Assembly: GCF_964355755.1 (NCBI RefSeq)
Contig: NC_092674.1
Coordinates: 3,224,001-3,288,000, forward strand
Length of the DNA: 64,000 nt
DNA from: Antedon mediterranea
Lineage: Eukaryota > Animalia > Echinodermata
Direction: 5' to 3'
Shown here piece by piece: positions 12,601-64,000 of this stretch. Both the position numbers and the translations under genes were made by a program. Below the pieces are notes generated by a model. That model saw nothing but the letters and a program-made list of their open reading frames with translations. It did no database searches and was not told the origin of the DNA. Every line of letters starts with the position of its first letter. The first letter of the stretch is position 1.

Positions 12601-15600
12601 GACATAATATACAATCAGGCTTGGACGAGATTCAGCAGATAGTGTGTGGGCCTCAATCGGGAAATGAAAAGATTAGTCAAGCTACGCTTTTAATAAAAAG
12701 TAAGCTATTATATTTGTAGTAAATTCTCCAGAAAAAGAAATTCATTTTTTTCAGAATAGATTTTTGTTTTTTTTAACTGAACCATGGTGTCACTAAAGAA
12801 AACAAAGATATATTTTGTTGCGATTTCTGTTTACCTGATGATGTTAATTAATTTTTAAAAAGGCAGGTAAATTATAATAATATTCGTTCTTAACATAGCC
12901 TTTTTCACAATGCTTCTAAGTGCTTCACATTATTACACCGGTCATTTTTTGGATGGAAACATACTCCCAGAATGCAAGTGGTAATCAGCGCAAAGTTGTG
13001 TCTTGATCTAACCGCTTTACTAAAGAAAATGGAAATATATTGGAGACAAAGTGTCCTGTAAAGAATTTATATTAACCTATCTCTAACTCCTTTCTTGACC
13101 ATGTGCCTATCTGGCCCTTTCTCACTCTCTCAGTGGTCATAATAGGCAACAGTTGGAAAAACCATATTTATCATTATTTCTTCTTACTAATGTATACATT
13201 TTATTTCTAATTTGTAGCTACGGACCATATAAAATCTATACAAGGCGAGATTGAAAAGAAGAAATGTGAAATGACAGAGTTAAATGAAGAAATTGAACGT
13301 TTAAATGACCAAATAAAGTAAAAACTTGTTTTTTGTATTGTAATGACAATGTAGCTAAGTGGCTACTTATTAATGCCATGTTTGTGGTTCAAATCCTATC
13401 GCTGTATCATATATGGCTATAGCAGCTTCCATACCCATGAGTGCATCCACAAACTCATGCCTTGATTGCTATTGCAACTTAAATTGCAACCTCAATTGCA
13501 ACTCTGGTTTACAGCTAATTTCATTTCATCTTTTATTTAAAAAAAAAGAATACAGAGTACAAAATTTTCCATAGCTGAAGAACAAGTTTAGTGTCTACAT
13601 TATTATAAATATAAATTTAAAAAAAATAAAATTATATGTATAAATAAACCGATGCCACATTAGTCACGTGGTTAATACAATAACTTCATCCATCTACCAT
13701 GTAGATTGGATGATGGAAGAGCAAAATCATAAATGCATTCGTGACCATATTGCCTGTCCTCCTCTCACAACATGCCATACACCACTTTACAGTGTAGTTC
13801 ATAGAAGGAACAAATGTGGTTTTCTACAAATGCCTTCCAAGATTTTGATTTGCTTTGTTGCTGCCTAGCCTGTGAAACTGACACATTCTAGTTCTCCAGT
13901 TACAATCTGACAATAAACTTTGACTGCAATTTGAGTTACATAGCAAAAAAGGAATGTTACAAGATTTAAACTCAATCTATGTATTTAGTTATACCAACTT
14001 TTTCATGTTAATCAATGTAATATATGTTATTTGCAGTGAAGTCCAGGATGCGTTACCGGATGCTGGAGCACCAGTGGTCAGTTCACAAAATGACCATCAA
14101 CTACAAGCAATGTACGATGAGTATGTTAGACAATCAATGTGCTCTAATTGGAAGTTCTGGATTGTATCCTTATAAATCAAACTTCATTTTTTAACATTTT
14201 ATTTTAAGTCTTTAAGCACATGTGGCCAAGGATTACCAATAGTAAATTAATCACTGTCCTATCAGGTAGGTGGTAATACCCCCAATACAGGGCTATTATG
14301 TGAACCAGTTCACCGGGGTAACCCTATACGTGCTCAAATGATGAACTGTGTTCTTTAAAGTGCACACAGGTTATAACTGTGTACTGGACATTTATTGTTT
14401 TAATGTTAAAAAAAAAATTTTAAATGTTAAATTATTCTGGTCCTCAAGTTTAACTGGAAACTTAGGAAATTCGGATTAGGCTGTGAGTGAGTGAGTGGCC
14501 GAGCGGTTAAGACAGTAGAACCGTAATCACGTAGCCATAACATCGGCAGGGGTTCGAGGCTCACTCACTCCATGGTTCTGGTGGTAGAAAGAGTCTTCTC
14601 GGATAAGGACTATAAACCGTAGGTCCAGTGTACACAACTTGCTCGTGTGCACTTTAAAGAACCTAGTACATCTTTCGAGACGAGTAGGGGGTTACCCCGG
14701 TGTATTAGTACATCACAGCCACTGATCACCAACTGGGCCCTCTGGGAGATCAGTCTTTGACTGAAGAGGTCACCCAGTATAAAGATAAAACAAACAAACA
14801 AGGCCCTCCACAGACCCACGGCAGCCAGCAGTGCAGCGCCTACCAGATCAGCACACCGGGAGACGATCCCCTACTCTTTTTGAATAATGTACCAAGTTCT
14901 TTAATGTGCACTGTGAAGTACACGGGACCAACAGATTTACATCCCATCCAAAGGACGAGGCAATGAAAAGTAAAGCATCGTACCTAAGGATGCAATTAGT
15001 ATGGTACAGATATTACCATTACACCATCACTCTCCGGTATATACAGCACCCGCCGCTATTTCTAGACGGTCTCCCATCCAGAAAAAAACCGGGCCCAACA
15101 TTGCTTAACTTCGGTGATCTGACGAGAACCAGTGTTTCAACGCAGTATGGCCGTATATAATATATATATAATAGTCTTATCTTAGAACAGGAATAGAAAG
15201 TAACACATATGCCTTTAATCTTTATTTACCCACTGTACCACTATGATTTTATTCCTTAATTCGTAACCAGTTTCGTATGCTAATTGAGCCTCTATTTTCA
15301 TCGTATTTAAGTGCGATGTCGAGCGTATCGAGCGATAATTTTGAGCAAGCACTAAACGAATGGGTTGATCAATCTTGTAGACTAAAAAATCTACGACCAT
15401 GTAAGTATTTATAACCTAATTTAACCAAACCGAACCAGCAAGTTTCTGTCTACACTATCAAACTAGTATGACAAAAAAAATGTGATGTGCCCACAAATAT
15501 GGTAGTGATATGACATCATCATGTCCATATATGGGCACATCACATTTTTTGTCGCATAAAGTTTGATAGTGTAGACAAGCTTTAGTAAGACATTGGAGAT

Positions 15601-15800
15601 ACTCATTGCAATGAGTTGGTTGTGATAGCTCTGGTATTGACCACACAACTGTATTTCACTCCTGCTCTTTTTCAGTGGCAACAAAAGCTGTTCGTGAAGT
15701 CAGTAAAAAGACGATGGTGCTTACAAAACCTCAATTACTTTCAAAACAAGTTCAAGATTTAGTGGACAGAGAATTTAGCAATCACATGGAGGAGAGTTGA
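595..15800 (+). CDS. MLXIP: Mondo / MLX-interacting protein (MLXIP/ChREBP family bHLH-ZIP), 5' exons lie upstream of the window
   Basis: Phase-consistent exons: 595-665, 1315-1422, 3363-3546, 4284-4385, 7334-7434, 7963-8322, 8724-9072, 9298-9380, (10155-10166?), 10248-10341, 11551-11606, 12555-12699, 13218-13317, 14037-14163, 15271-15400, 15676-15800 (TGA). Peptides resemble Mondo conserved regions (KKKEPVICQFTTP, DFSDTLF, DIIQPSL), the bHLH (RRIQHLSSEHKRRHNI), the zipper and the DCD/WMC tail (YDEYVRQ..NWKFWIF). Confidence 0.9.
1315..1422 (+). CDS. MLXIP: Mondo/MLXIP exon (ADIIQG...QHYKNWRLYHKDVVK)
   Basis: tcag/gtatg, 108 nt, phase 0/0; YxxWRxY motif of MCR3. Confidence 0.8.
1688..2158. mobile_element. 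Kolobok-type MITE
   Basis: TTAA-AGATGTATT…AATACATCT-TTAA. Confidence 0.7.
3121..3300. mobile_element. Tc1/mariner (pogo-like) MITE
   Basis: TA-CAGTTAACTCTCCCAATACC…GGTATTGGGAGACTTGACTA-TA. Confidence 0.7.
3363..3546 (+). CDS. MLXIP: Mondo/MLXIP exon (…DFSDTLF…PTAKEI)
   Basis: cag/gtaag; FSDTLF motif. Confidence 0.85.
4284..4385 (+). CDS. MLXIP: Mondo/MLXIP exon (…SDIIQPSLMTLEPDLDEDFFMDTLE)
   Basis: tag/gtact; MCR5-like DxIQPxL motif. Confidence 0.85.
4401..4776. mobile_element. Kolobok-type MITE
   Basis: Same TIR and TTAA TSD; has an internal duplication. Confidence 0.75.
7334..7434 (+). CDS. MLXIP: Mondo/MLXIP exon
   Basis: tag/gtgagt; phase 1 to 0, consistent with neighbours. Confidence 0.7.
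7696..7877. mobile_element. Tc1/mariner (pogo-like) MITE, inverted relative to the 3121 copy
   Basis: Same TIRs with TA flanks. Confidence 0.7.
7963..8322 (+). CDS. MLXIP: Mondo/MLXIP exon (low-complexity middle region)
   Basis: ttgcag/gtaact, 360 nt, within ORF 7957-8343. Confidence 0.8.
8724..9072 (+). CDS. MLXIP: Mondo/MLXIP exon (S/P/T-rich middle region)
   Basis: tacag/gtttga, overlaps ORF 8742-9083. Confidence 0.75.
9298..9380 (+). CDS. MLXIP: Mondo/MLXIP exon (ERAKTASPRQYRTLAPLP…)
   Basis: tcag/gtaggt, phase-consistent. Confidence 0.7.
10248..10341 (+). CDS. MLXIP: Mondo/MLXIP exon (LDSKDRGKQSPTSDRE…)
   Basis: cctag/gtgagt, phase-consistent. Confidence 0.7.
11551..11606 (+). CDS. 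MLXIP: Mondo/MLXIP exon (STASSPGGPNDPNTPTEFE)
   Basis: ccacag/gtaaag, phase-consistent. Confidence 0.7.
12555..12699 (+). CDS. MLXIP: Mondo/MLXIP bHLH exon
   Basis: EQRRRIQHLSSEHKRRHNIQSGLDEI…KISQATLLIK; H-E-R residues of CACGTG-binding bHLH-ZIP proteins. Confidence 0.9.
13218..13317 (+). CDS. MLXIP: Mondo/MLXIP helix 2 / leucine zipper exon
   Basis: TDHIKSIQGE…LNEEIERLNDQI; tag/gtaaaa. Confidence 0.85.
14037..14163 (+). CDS. MLXIP: Mondo/MLXIP DCD exon (…YDEYVRQSMCSNWKFWI)
   Basis: ttgcag acceptor; followed by the U12 donor GTATCCTT. Confidence 0.9.
14489..14801 (+). mobile_element. tRNA-derived SINE with Nin/Deu-like central domain
   Basis: A box TGGCCGAGCGG; B box GGTTCGAGGC; core TAAACCGTAGGTCC…TTAAAGAACC…GAGTAGGGGGTTACCCCGGTG; A-rich tail. 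Confidence 0.8.
14810..15157 (-). mobile_element. 5S rRNA-derived SINE (SINE3 type) with Nin/Deu-like domain
   Basis: Minus strand 15157-15041 reads TACGGCCATACTGCGTTGAAACACTGGTTCTCGTCAGATCACCGAAGTTAAGC…GGATGGGAGACCG…GGTGCTGTA (5S-like), followed by GTGCACATTAAAGAAC…GAGTAGGGGATCGTCTCCCCGGTG. Confidence 0.8.
15271..15400 (+). CDS. MLXIP: Mondo/MLXIP DCD exon (FRMLIEPLFSSY…EWVDQSCRLKNLRP)
   Basis: U12 branch point TTCCTTAAT then cag; gtaagt donor. Confidence 0.9.
15676..15800 (+). CDS. MLXIP: Mondo/MLXIP last coding exon
   Basis: ttcag acceptor; open to TGA at 15798-15800. Confidence 0.8.
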
Positions 15801-16728
15801 TAGTCACCCAGTATTCAAAAGAGTTTTACATATAGCATGCCTTGATGAATTTTTAATTCAAATTTAAGATAAAACTTAAAGATAGCAGAAAAAAACACAT
15901 TGCTGAGTTCAAGAACAATTTTAATATATTTTTGTTATATTGGCATGGTAAATCGTGTGTTTAATTTGATATTTTCTATTGGATTGGTCAACTGTTCATG
16001 TAATTTGATATTTTCTATTGGTACAGTTGACTGTATGTCCAACATGAAGTTTTCTAACAGTGCCTAGTTACCTGTTCTGATAAGATAGAATTAAGTAGCA
16101 TGTTCGACATTGCTGATGGAAAATAAATACTAATTACATACATGGTTGACTGTGCCTATAGACAATTTTAAACCATACGCATGATTGTGCGGATAACCGT
16201 ATAGCAACAAGTATAGCATTTTTCTGCAATTTTTATTGTTTGATCCCAAATTTGACTATGTGCCATTTAAACTGTAGATAGAGTATATTATAGTACTTTT
16301 TAAAATGGTGCAGAATTTATATTCTTATGTTTTCTAAGATAAATCTAAGTATCTATAAGTTTTAGCATATTTTTTACACAGAATTGTATCAAATAACCTC
16401 TTTTGTGTTTACTCACTACTTTGTAGTTCAGTTGCATTTATATGTGTGTGTGTGTGTGTGTGTATATGCAAGGACGTATGCAGTTATAAAGTAATGTTAT
16501 ACAGGTTATATAGAGCCTGGTATCCAGGACAAACTGGTGTTCTTTTCTTCGCTACAAAGATTGGCAACAAAGCATTTATTTTTATCTTTCGTAAATCATA
16601 GAATGTATAAATTTGTGACAGAAATTTATGCTGCATTGTCTTGTCATATTTTCCTTATCCTTGATTTTTTATATATGTTTCTATAAGCCTGTTGGTTCAT
16701 CTCCATCACCATTATACCACCAATTTTA

Positions 16729-16874
16729 AGCTCTGTCTACACTATCAAACTTGATGCGACAATTAAAATGTGATGTGCCTATAATATGGACATGATGATG
16801 TCATATCACTACCATATTTAAGCATATCACTACAACTTTTTGTGTCAAACTCGTCTGATTGTGTAGACAGAGCT
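16729..16874. mobile_element. Harbinger-type MITE copy with intact TTA TSD
   Basis: tta-AGCTCTGTCTACAC…GTGTAGACAGAGCT-tta. Confidence 0.85.
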
Positions 16875-18047
16875 TTAGAGAGCTTTCAATTTGCGATGAC
16901 TATGAGCTCTGCTTATTGTGTCATTGGTCGTTGTCTGACCTAGAAGCCACTAAAACTTTTGAGGAATAGAGCTAGGAATCTCGTCCCAATGCGCATGATA
17001 TAATAAGGTATTCGGCTGTTCCAAATCAAAAACTGCTGTTGATGCTATAACTACATTTAGTGTTTGGATGGTGCAGAAAATTCAGTTTTAGAGTTATAGA
17101 AATAGTATAAAATAGTAGAAATCTATTGTAATGAATTCAAAATTCAAATGATTTTCTTATTTTGTCTTTCTAAGACTGTCTATTTATATTTAGGTTCTTT
17201 CCTGATATTTTATTTATTATCCTATTAAAATGGTTTGGAGAATTGCCGGTGATTAAAAAAAGTAATTTGAGGATGTCAAATTTGGTTTAATAAAATTTAG
17301 TTATTAAATGTTCTTGATATAAGGAGCATATTGTAACTTTTGATATGATAGATGGTTTCACTATTAATTGTTTTTATTCTATAAGGCTGCATTGATATAT
17401 GTTGTTAGGTAAAATTAACTATTATATTCAGTACAGATGGGTATACCAATGGGTGCATATATGCAGTATGTCTTCTGCAGTGTGTTTGTTGATTGCAGAC
17501 AATCTAGAATCCGATCATATTACAGTAAACAATTTTTAAACGGTACTTCATCTTTATTCAGCTGGATTTGTAAATATTTTATTTCAATTATGAATATACG
17601 TTTTTATAATATTAATCATGCATATTGCATGTATCGTATGAATATCATTTATTTTAACTGGAACACCCACTAGGAACCCTTTCAGCCTACCTACAGTTAT
17701 TATTAACTGGAAGCACCCACAGTAACTTATTTTGAACACCATCCACAATTATACTACCGTAATTATTTAAAAAGAAATATATCGTATATTATTTGTGGAA
17801 ATCAAATAAAACAACAAACCCACACTTAAACCTACCATGGTCATAAAATCTTGTATGACATAATGTATCATCAAAGTAGCAATAATATTATTACTATCAT
17901 GAGATTAATAATAGCATAATGTTTCTAAAATTAAGTGTTACTGTTAACATGATTAAGTTGTCTTTTTACCTAAAACCACCCACTGGCAAACCATAAACAT
18001 TTGTATGTTTTTTTGTGGATTTTTATTTATCTTTTGTTTTATAATTA

Positions 18048-18206
18048 AGCTTGGTTCCCACTTGGATGTAACGCAATGACGTAAGCGCAAAGCAAGTGAG
18101 TTAACCAATCACAAGCGACAGCTGATAATGATGCAACACATCGAAGATTGGTCAAATTACTTGCGTCAAGTTTTATGTTGCGTTGCGTCCAACTTAGAAC
18201 CAAGCT
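18048..18206. mobile_element. Harbinger-type MITE (second family)
   Basis: tta-AGCTTGGTTC…GAACCAAGCT-tta. Confidence 0.7.
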
Positions 18207-18941
18207 TTAATAAAGTAGCAATAATGTTTATATTATTATTATCAATACTAATTTTTCTTTTAAATGTTAAAATGTAAGTTGTTCTAACTGGAACCACCCA
18301 TTAGCAAACCCATAAACCCTAACTATTTGTCTACTGTGTCATGGTGCATATCGTAATATTATAGTACAATAATGTTATATAATATTGGTATTAATAGAAT
18401 TTGGAAAAGTCCGGTATTACTTAAATTCGTGGTTGCTGGTATTTGGGAGAGTTACTATCACTTTTCAATACTACAAAACATTTTTAATATTGTGAGTGTT
18501 TAATAAATTATTTGTTGTTTTAATTTAAATTCTAGATACACATATTTTTTCCAGTATTAAACTGAAGATCAATAAATTGTTGGTGTTTATAATGCAATAG
18601 GATAGCAGACCTACCAATATTTTATTTTTCATTTTATGACAGTTTGGAGCCAAGTTTTTGTACTGTACATTTTGTCTACTGTGTACTAGAAGAAAATTCA
18701 AATTAATATTGGTAAAGGCACATATGGCGTTTCATACATATACTTAGTTGGAATCATCACCTGGACTAAATACAAGCTACATAAAAGACAATAACTACAG
18801 TAGTTATTTTGTTGTTAAAATGAATAAAAATATTTATTTTAACTATGTCTACCTTGTATCAAGAACAATAAGTATTTCCATGGAATTAAGAACCATGACA
18901 AAATAGTTCTACAGCAGTAACTATACACGTTTACTCTTTAA

Positions 18942-19241
18942 AGATGTATTGTCCCCCCTGAAAAATAATTTTTTAAATTTTTGTTGTTGAATATGCCATT
19001 TCAATGTCACAAAAATTAGATCGAAACAACATTTATTTACCTGAAAAGCTGGTGCTTTTGAAGCCAAAAATTGTCAAATTGGATTTTTGGTTGAATTTAT
19101 TATGTTATTTTATTTTATAAACTAAAACATTATTTTTTTTTTTTTATGGAAGTGATTCACTTTATTAAAACTACAAAATAACATATTCAAAGTCTGATTT
19201 AATTAATCTTCATTTTTCATGTTTATGGGGACAATACATCT
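18942..19241. mobile_element. Kolobok-type MITE (opposite orientation)
   Basis: AGATGTATTGTCCCC…GGGGACAATACATCT with TTAA flanks. Confidence 0.75.
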
Positions 19242-20099
19242 TTAACCTGTCAAAATGCAATTATTTATATAAAAGCTTTTTTTTAGGGGTAATCATTCAC
19301 AGTTGTGTTTACTGCAGTAACTGCCTTATTTGAAATTGCAGACAAATTGTAATTACTGGAGTAAAATCATTTTGAAATGGTTATGTATATTGTGTGCTAG
19401 TATGCTACATTATTTATTTTTAAAAATCTGGTCTGATAACGATTTTTATTAAAAGGGTGAGAAATAAAGTTATGGAATAAACTTAAAGATATTTGTTGTT
19501 ATAATTAAATGTGATGTATTAATTTGCTGCTGCCTGCATACGACCAGAGAAAAATATATTGGTAGTGGCGTAAGTAATTTATTCGACTTTCTTAGGCTAT
19601 TTTGTCGTTTATTTTACACTCAACATTTTCATTTTCACACTTGTGCTAAACAGCGCATAGAGACTTGTATTTTGCGCTATATAAATTTAAAACCATTAAT
19701 GAGTAGGCGAAGGATTGTCACTAAGTAAAATTGTCATTTTCCATCAAGTTTCCTTCTCAGTTTATTATTTCCACGTCTATTCCGTGCCTAGCTTACCTGG
19801 ATAAACCTATGGATAATTCTTCTCCATGGTGAGAAAAAAAAAGACTGATTTTTGGTCTATTTTTTCTATTGTATCTCAATATTTCTTTTTAAAAGCTGTC
19901 CCATCATAATTCATATTTTTTTTAATCGATCGTACCCGCCATTTGTTGTTTTTTGATACAGCCTTGCTTTTACTTTTTTTTTTGAGTTAGACTAAGATTT
20001 TACTTTTCATATTTCAAATCTTTTCTTTGTACAGTAGTAATTTATAGAAATTTGAATAGCGTGCCGATATCTTAGATTAGATAAATTGGTGATGTTTCG

Positions 20100-20327
20100 T
20101 TACATAATATTTAAGTAGTACGTGTCTCATACGATTTTCGCGCGCGCGATTTTTCCCTTTAAATGTTGACCTTTCACCCAACCCACAATTCGTACACATT
20201 TGTGTTTGACGAAGTGTGTGTGCGCAGCCATCTTAAAAACAAGAAGCGAAGAGATAATGTTCTAACACTGGATAGATACCAGAGAAAAGCAAAGATTTTA
20301 GGGTACTGTGGACCAAAACAAACTTGA
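20100..20327 (+). promoter_or_regulatory. Probable CUL4 promoter / 5'UTR
   Basis: Local CpG enrichment (CGCGCGCG near 20139) and a YY1-like GCCATCTT near 20227, immediately upstream of the ATG. Confidence 0.4.
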
Positions 20328-61323
<40,996 letters not shown>

Positions 61324-61420
61324 GTAAGTCATCTACCACTAATATAATATGTAAAAGTACGGCTTGAGCTAATATTTATTTTATTATTACACAGATGTAA
61401 TTTATAGATAACTTCTTTAA

Positions 61421-61750
61421 AGATGTATTGTCCCCCAAAATCATGAAAAATAAAGATTAATAAAATGAGACTTTGAATAGATTATTTTGTAGCTTTAATA
61501 AAGTTAATCATTTCTGTAGAAAAAAAACTGGAAAAATCATTAACAAATTATAAAATTACAAAATAAATGCTTAATTCAACCAAAACCCCATTGGCTGGCA
61601 GCCAATTTGACTATTTTTTGCTTTATATTAAATTTTTTTAGGTAAATACTTTTTTTTCGATCCAATTTTTGGTCAAAGTGGATAACTATTTGGCATATTC
61701 AACAGAAAAATTGTTAAGAATTAATGTTTCAGGGGGACGACAATACATCT
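61421..61750. mobile_element. Kolobok-type MITE
   Basis: Same TIR and TTAA TSD. Confidence 0.75.
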
Positions 61751-62232
61751 TTAAGGTTAGCCAAACTGGTAAGACTGATCACTCTTAAAATCAAAACACT
61801 AAACGTTGCTGACAATCATTTGTTTATAATTCTATTCATGTATTTAATAGCAATGTTTTTAGATCTCTGTAATTTCTTTGTTATGTATGTATATCAAATG
61901 TAAATTAACTAACGAAATTGAATTTGTACCTTGTTGTATAAATGACAATAAATACTATCGTATCGTATCGTACATAAGAGCATTGTATTATCTGCTATAC
62001 ATGCACATAGAGTATCACGGTGTGACGTCACAACGATACAGGGCGCTGCATGGTTGCTAGCCAACCAAAAAATTCGTTCAGCCCTACAGTACTATGTTGA
62101 TAAACAGTGAGGATCTGTATTTATATCAAATTATGTATCTTAGCTTGATTTTTTTTTAACTTAAACTGTAGTTGAAGAATAAATAGATTGTTAAAAACAA
62201 ATATTCAGTGATCTTTTGAAATTTTAGTTTGT

Positions 62233-62503
62233 TAGGTGATCATTTAGAATAAAATGATCACCTATTGTTATTGTATCAAATCTTTATTATTCTTCTTCTT
62301 CTTCTTCTTTCTGTACACTTTTTGTTTAACAAATATCTCAAAAAGTTAAATGTCAATGATTACCAAAATTTCACAATGTCTTTCAAATACTGTAACTTAG
62401 TCCTAATAAGGTTTTCAGCGTGATCACTCATCCGTGACAACACGTATACGCCATTTTGTGAAATCACATTATCAATCATATCTCCATAATTCATTATCAC
62501 ATA
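62233..62503 (+). mobile_element. 5' part of a second copy of the outer (GATCAC-subTIR) Helentron-like family
   Basis: Head matches 28649-28718 and runs directly into sequence matching 45170-45375. Confidence 0.85.
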
Positions 62504-64000
62504 TCTATATATATATTTACGTAAGGGCAAAATTCGGTAAATCGCGCCTTACTTCTAGAATTTTCACTCGATGGTATGTAAAGTTGGTTCGTACTTTCGG
62601 TACTGATTTTAACCGCCTGATGTAACCCTGTTTACTAATTAAATTGAGTTAGATAATTAGTTATTGACGATTAAAACGAATTTAGGTTCAAAGATTTGCC
62701 CCAAATAGGGGTGTTTTCCGATCGTGGTATACACTGTCTAATGGATGTCCATCTTGAAAAATACCTGCCAAAAAAATGCGAGGAGGCTTCGCATTTTTCT
62801 ATCTCCTCCTACGATAATTGTTTTTAATAGCTGAAAACCGGTTGAACAGCTAGAGTACACCATCATAATGTTGAAGACAGGCCGATTTTCTTTAAAAAAT
62901 ACTATTTTGATAGATTTAATATACGATTATACAAATGTATTGATTTGCGATGAATGGAACATCCCAATCTCTCAGTCTGCCAGAGTTTGGTTTAACACAA
63001 GTACTGTAGGTAAATTTATGAGCCCTTGGTTTAACACATACCGTACGGTAGGTAAATATATGGGCCCTTTGAGAATAAACTTGCAATACTTTGACAATAC
63101 TGTAAATACCTATTAACTATTTTTCATTTGAATCAAACATTTCTTACTGTGAATGTTCGTACTGTTAGATGTAATATAAAAATATATACAAATAAACTTT
63201 ATTACTGAGACTGTGGATAGGCTCTACTGTTAGATATACAAATAAACTTTATACTGACAGTTCCTTCTCAACGTTTGTATTAATTAATAATTACCAAAAA
63301 TATAAACGTCGTAGTGGTGTATCGTGACATGTACTTTAATATTTCAATCGATTATGACAGTGACAGTTTTAACAAAGTATTAAATCGCAAATGTTTTAGG
63401 CCTACTGTATTTAGAGGTATATTATTTATAGGCCTATAAAACATGAACAAAATATTTCGTTACTCAGTGGATAAAGAATATATTTAAAAATTGTTCCTCT
63501 TTGTACCTATCCGCTTTCCCATCCCTCAACCCTAATGTTACATAGCGAGGAGGCTTCGCATTTTCCTATCTCCTCCTACGATAATTGTTTTTAATAGCTG
63601 AAAACCGGTTGAACAGCTAGAGTACACCATCATAATGTTGAAGACAGGCCGATTTTCTTTAAAAAATACTATTTTGATAGATTGCTAGAGTACACCATCA
63701 TAATGTTGAAGACAGGCCGATTTTCTTTAAAAAATACTATTTTGATAGATTTAATATACGATTATACAAATGTATTGATTTGCGATGAATGGAACATCCA
63801 GTTTGGTTTAACACAAGTACTGTAGGTAAATTTATGAGCCCTTGGTTTAACACATACGGTAGGTAAATATATGGGCCCTTTGAGAATAAACTTGCAATAG
63901 GTTCGGAAAATGTTAAAAACCAATTTCTATTATTTGAATCGGTAAACAGTTTCCATTTATTATACATTGATAATGAAACATGAAATATTCCTATTTATGT
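62504..64000 (+). mobile_element. Probable Helitron insertion (5' end), with internal duplications
   Basis: Starts TC (TCTATATATA…) at an A^T site of the host element (cacata^ttaat at ~45374 in the intact copy). ~62778-63050 recurs at ~63546-63897. The 3' end is not in the window. Confidence 0.6.

Larger units (their letters stand above)
14164..15270 (+). other. U12-type (minor spliceosome) GT-AG intron
   Basis: 5' GTATCCTT; branch point TTCCTTAAT at 15252-15260 close to the CAG. Confidence 0.9.

Noticed and set aside
15041-15157. Functional 5S rRNA gene
   Set aside because: Internal changes (T-run replacing AGTACT, indels), no oligo-T terminator, and it runs into a SINE body
15801-18900. 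Defined Mondo 3'UTR end / polyadenylation site
   Set aside because: There are several AATAAA hexamers in AT-rich DNA, and one cannot be chosen without transcript data

Overview
AT-rich metazoan genomic DNA, probably from a marine invertebrate. That is an inference from Nin/Deu-domain SINEs, Academ/Kolobok/hAT elements and retained U12 introns. Two + strand spliced genes are present. (1) The 3' part of a Mondo/MLXIP-ChREBP bHLH-ZIP gene: 15 exons plus a candidate 12-nt microexon, 595-15800, with a U12 GT-AG intron. (2) The 5' part of cullin-4: 13 exons, 20328-61323, continuing past the window, with a U12 AT-AC intron. CUL4 intron 12 (28613-61215) is 32.6 kb and almost entirely transposon-derived. 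Its first part is an 18-kb, same-orientation nested stack of 11 non-autonomous Helentron/HINE-like elements that insert into each other's 5' T/TTC tract; heads and tails pair like brackets. Its second part is two abutting Academ-like TIR elements, one with a decayed transposase, carrying nested hAT-like elements (8-, 5- and 7-bp TSDs) and minisatellites. Smaller introns hold Harbinger-, Kolobok- and Tc1/mariner-type MITEs, tRNA-derived Nin/Deu SINEs and a 5S-rRNA-headed Nin/Deu SINE. All calls were made by eye, without database searches.
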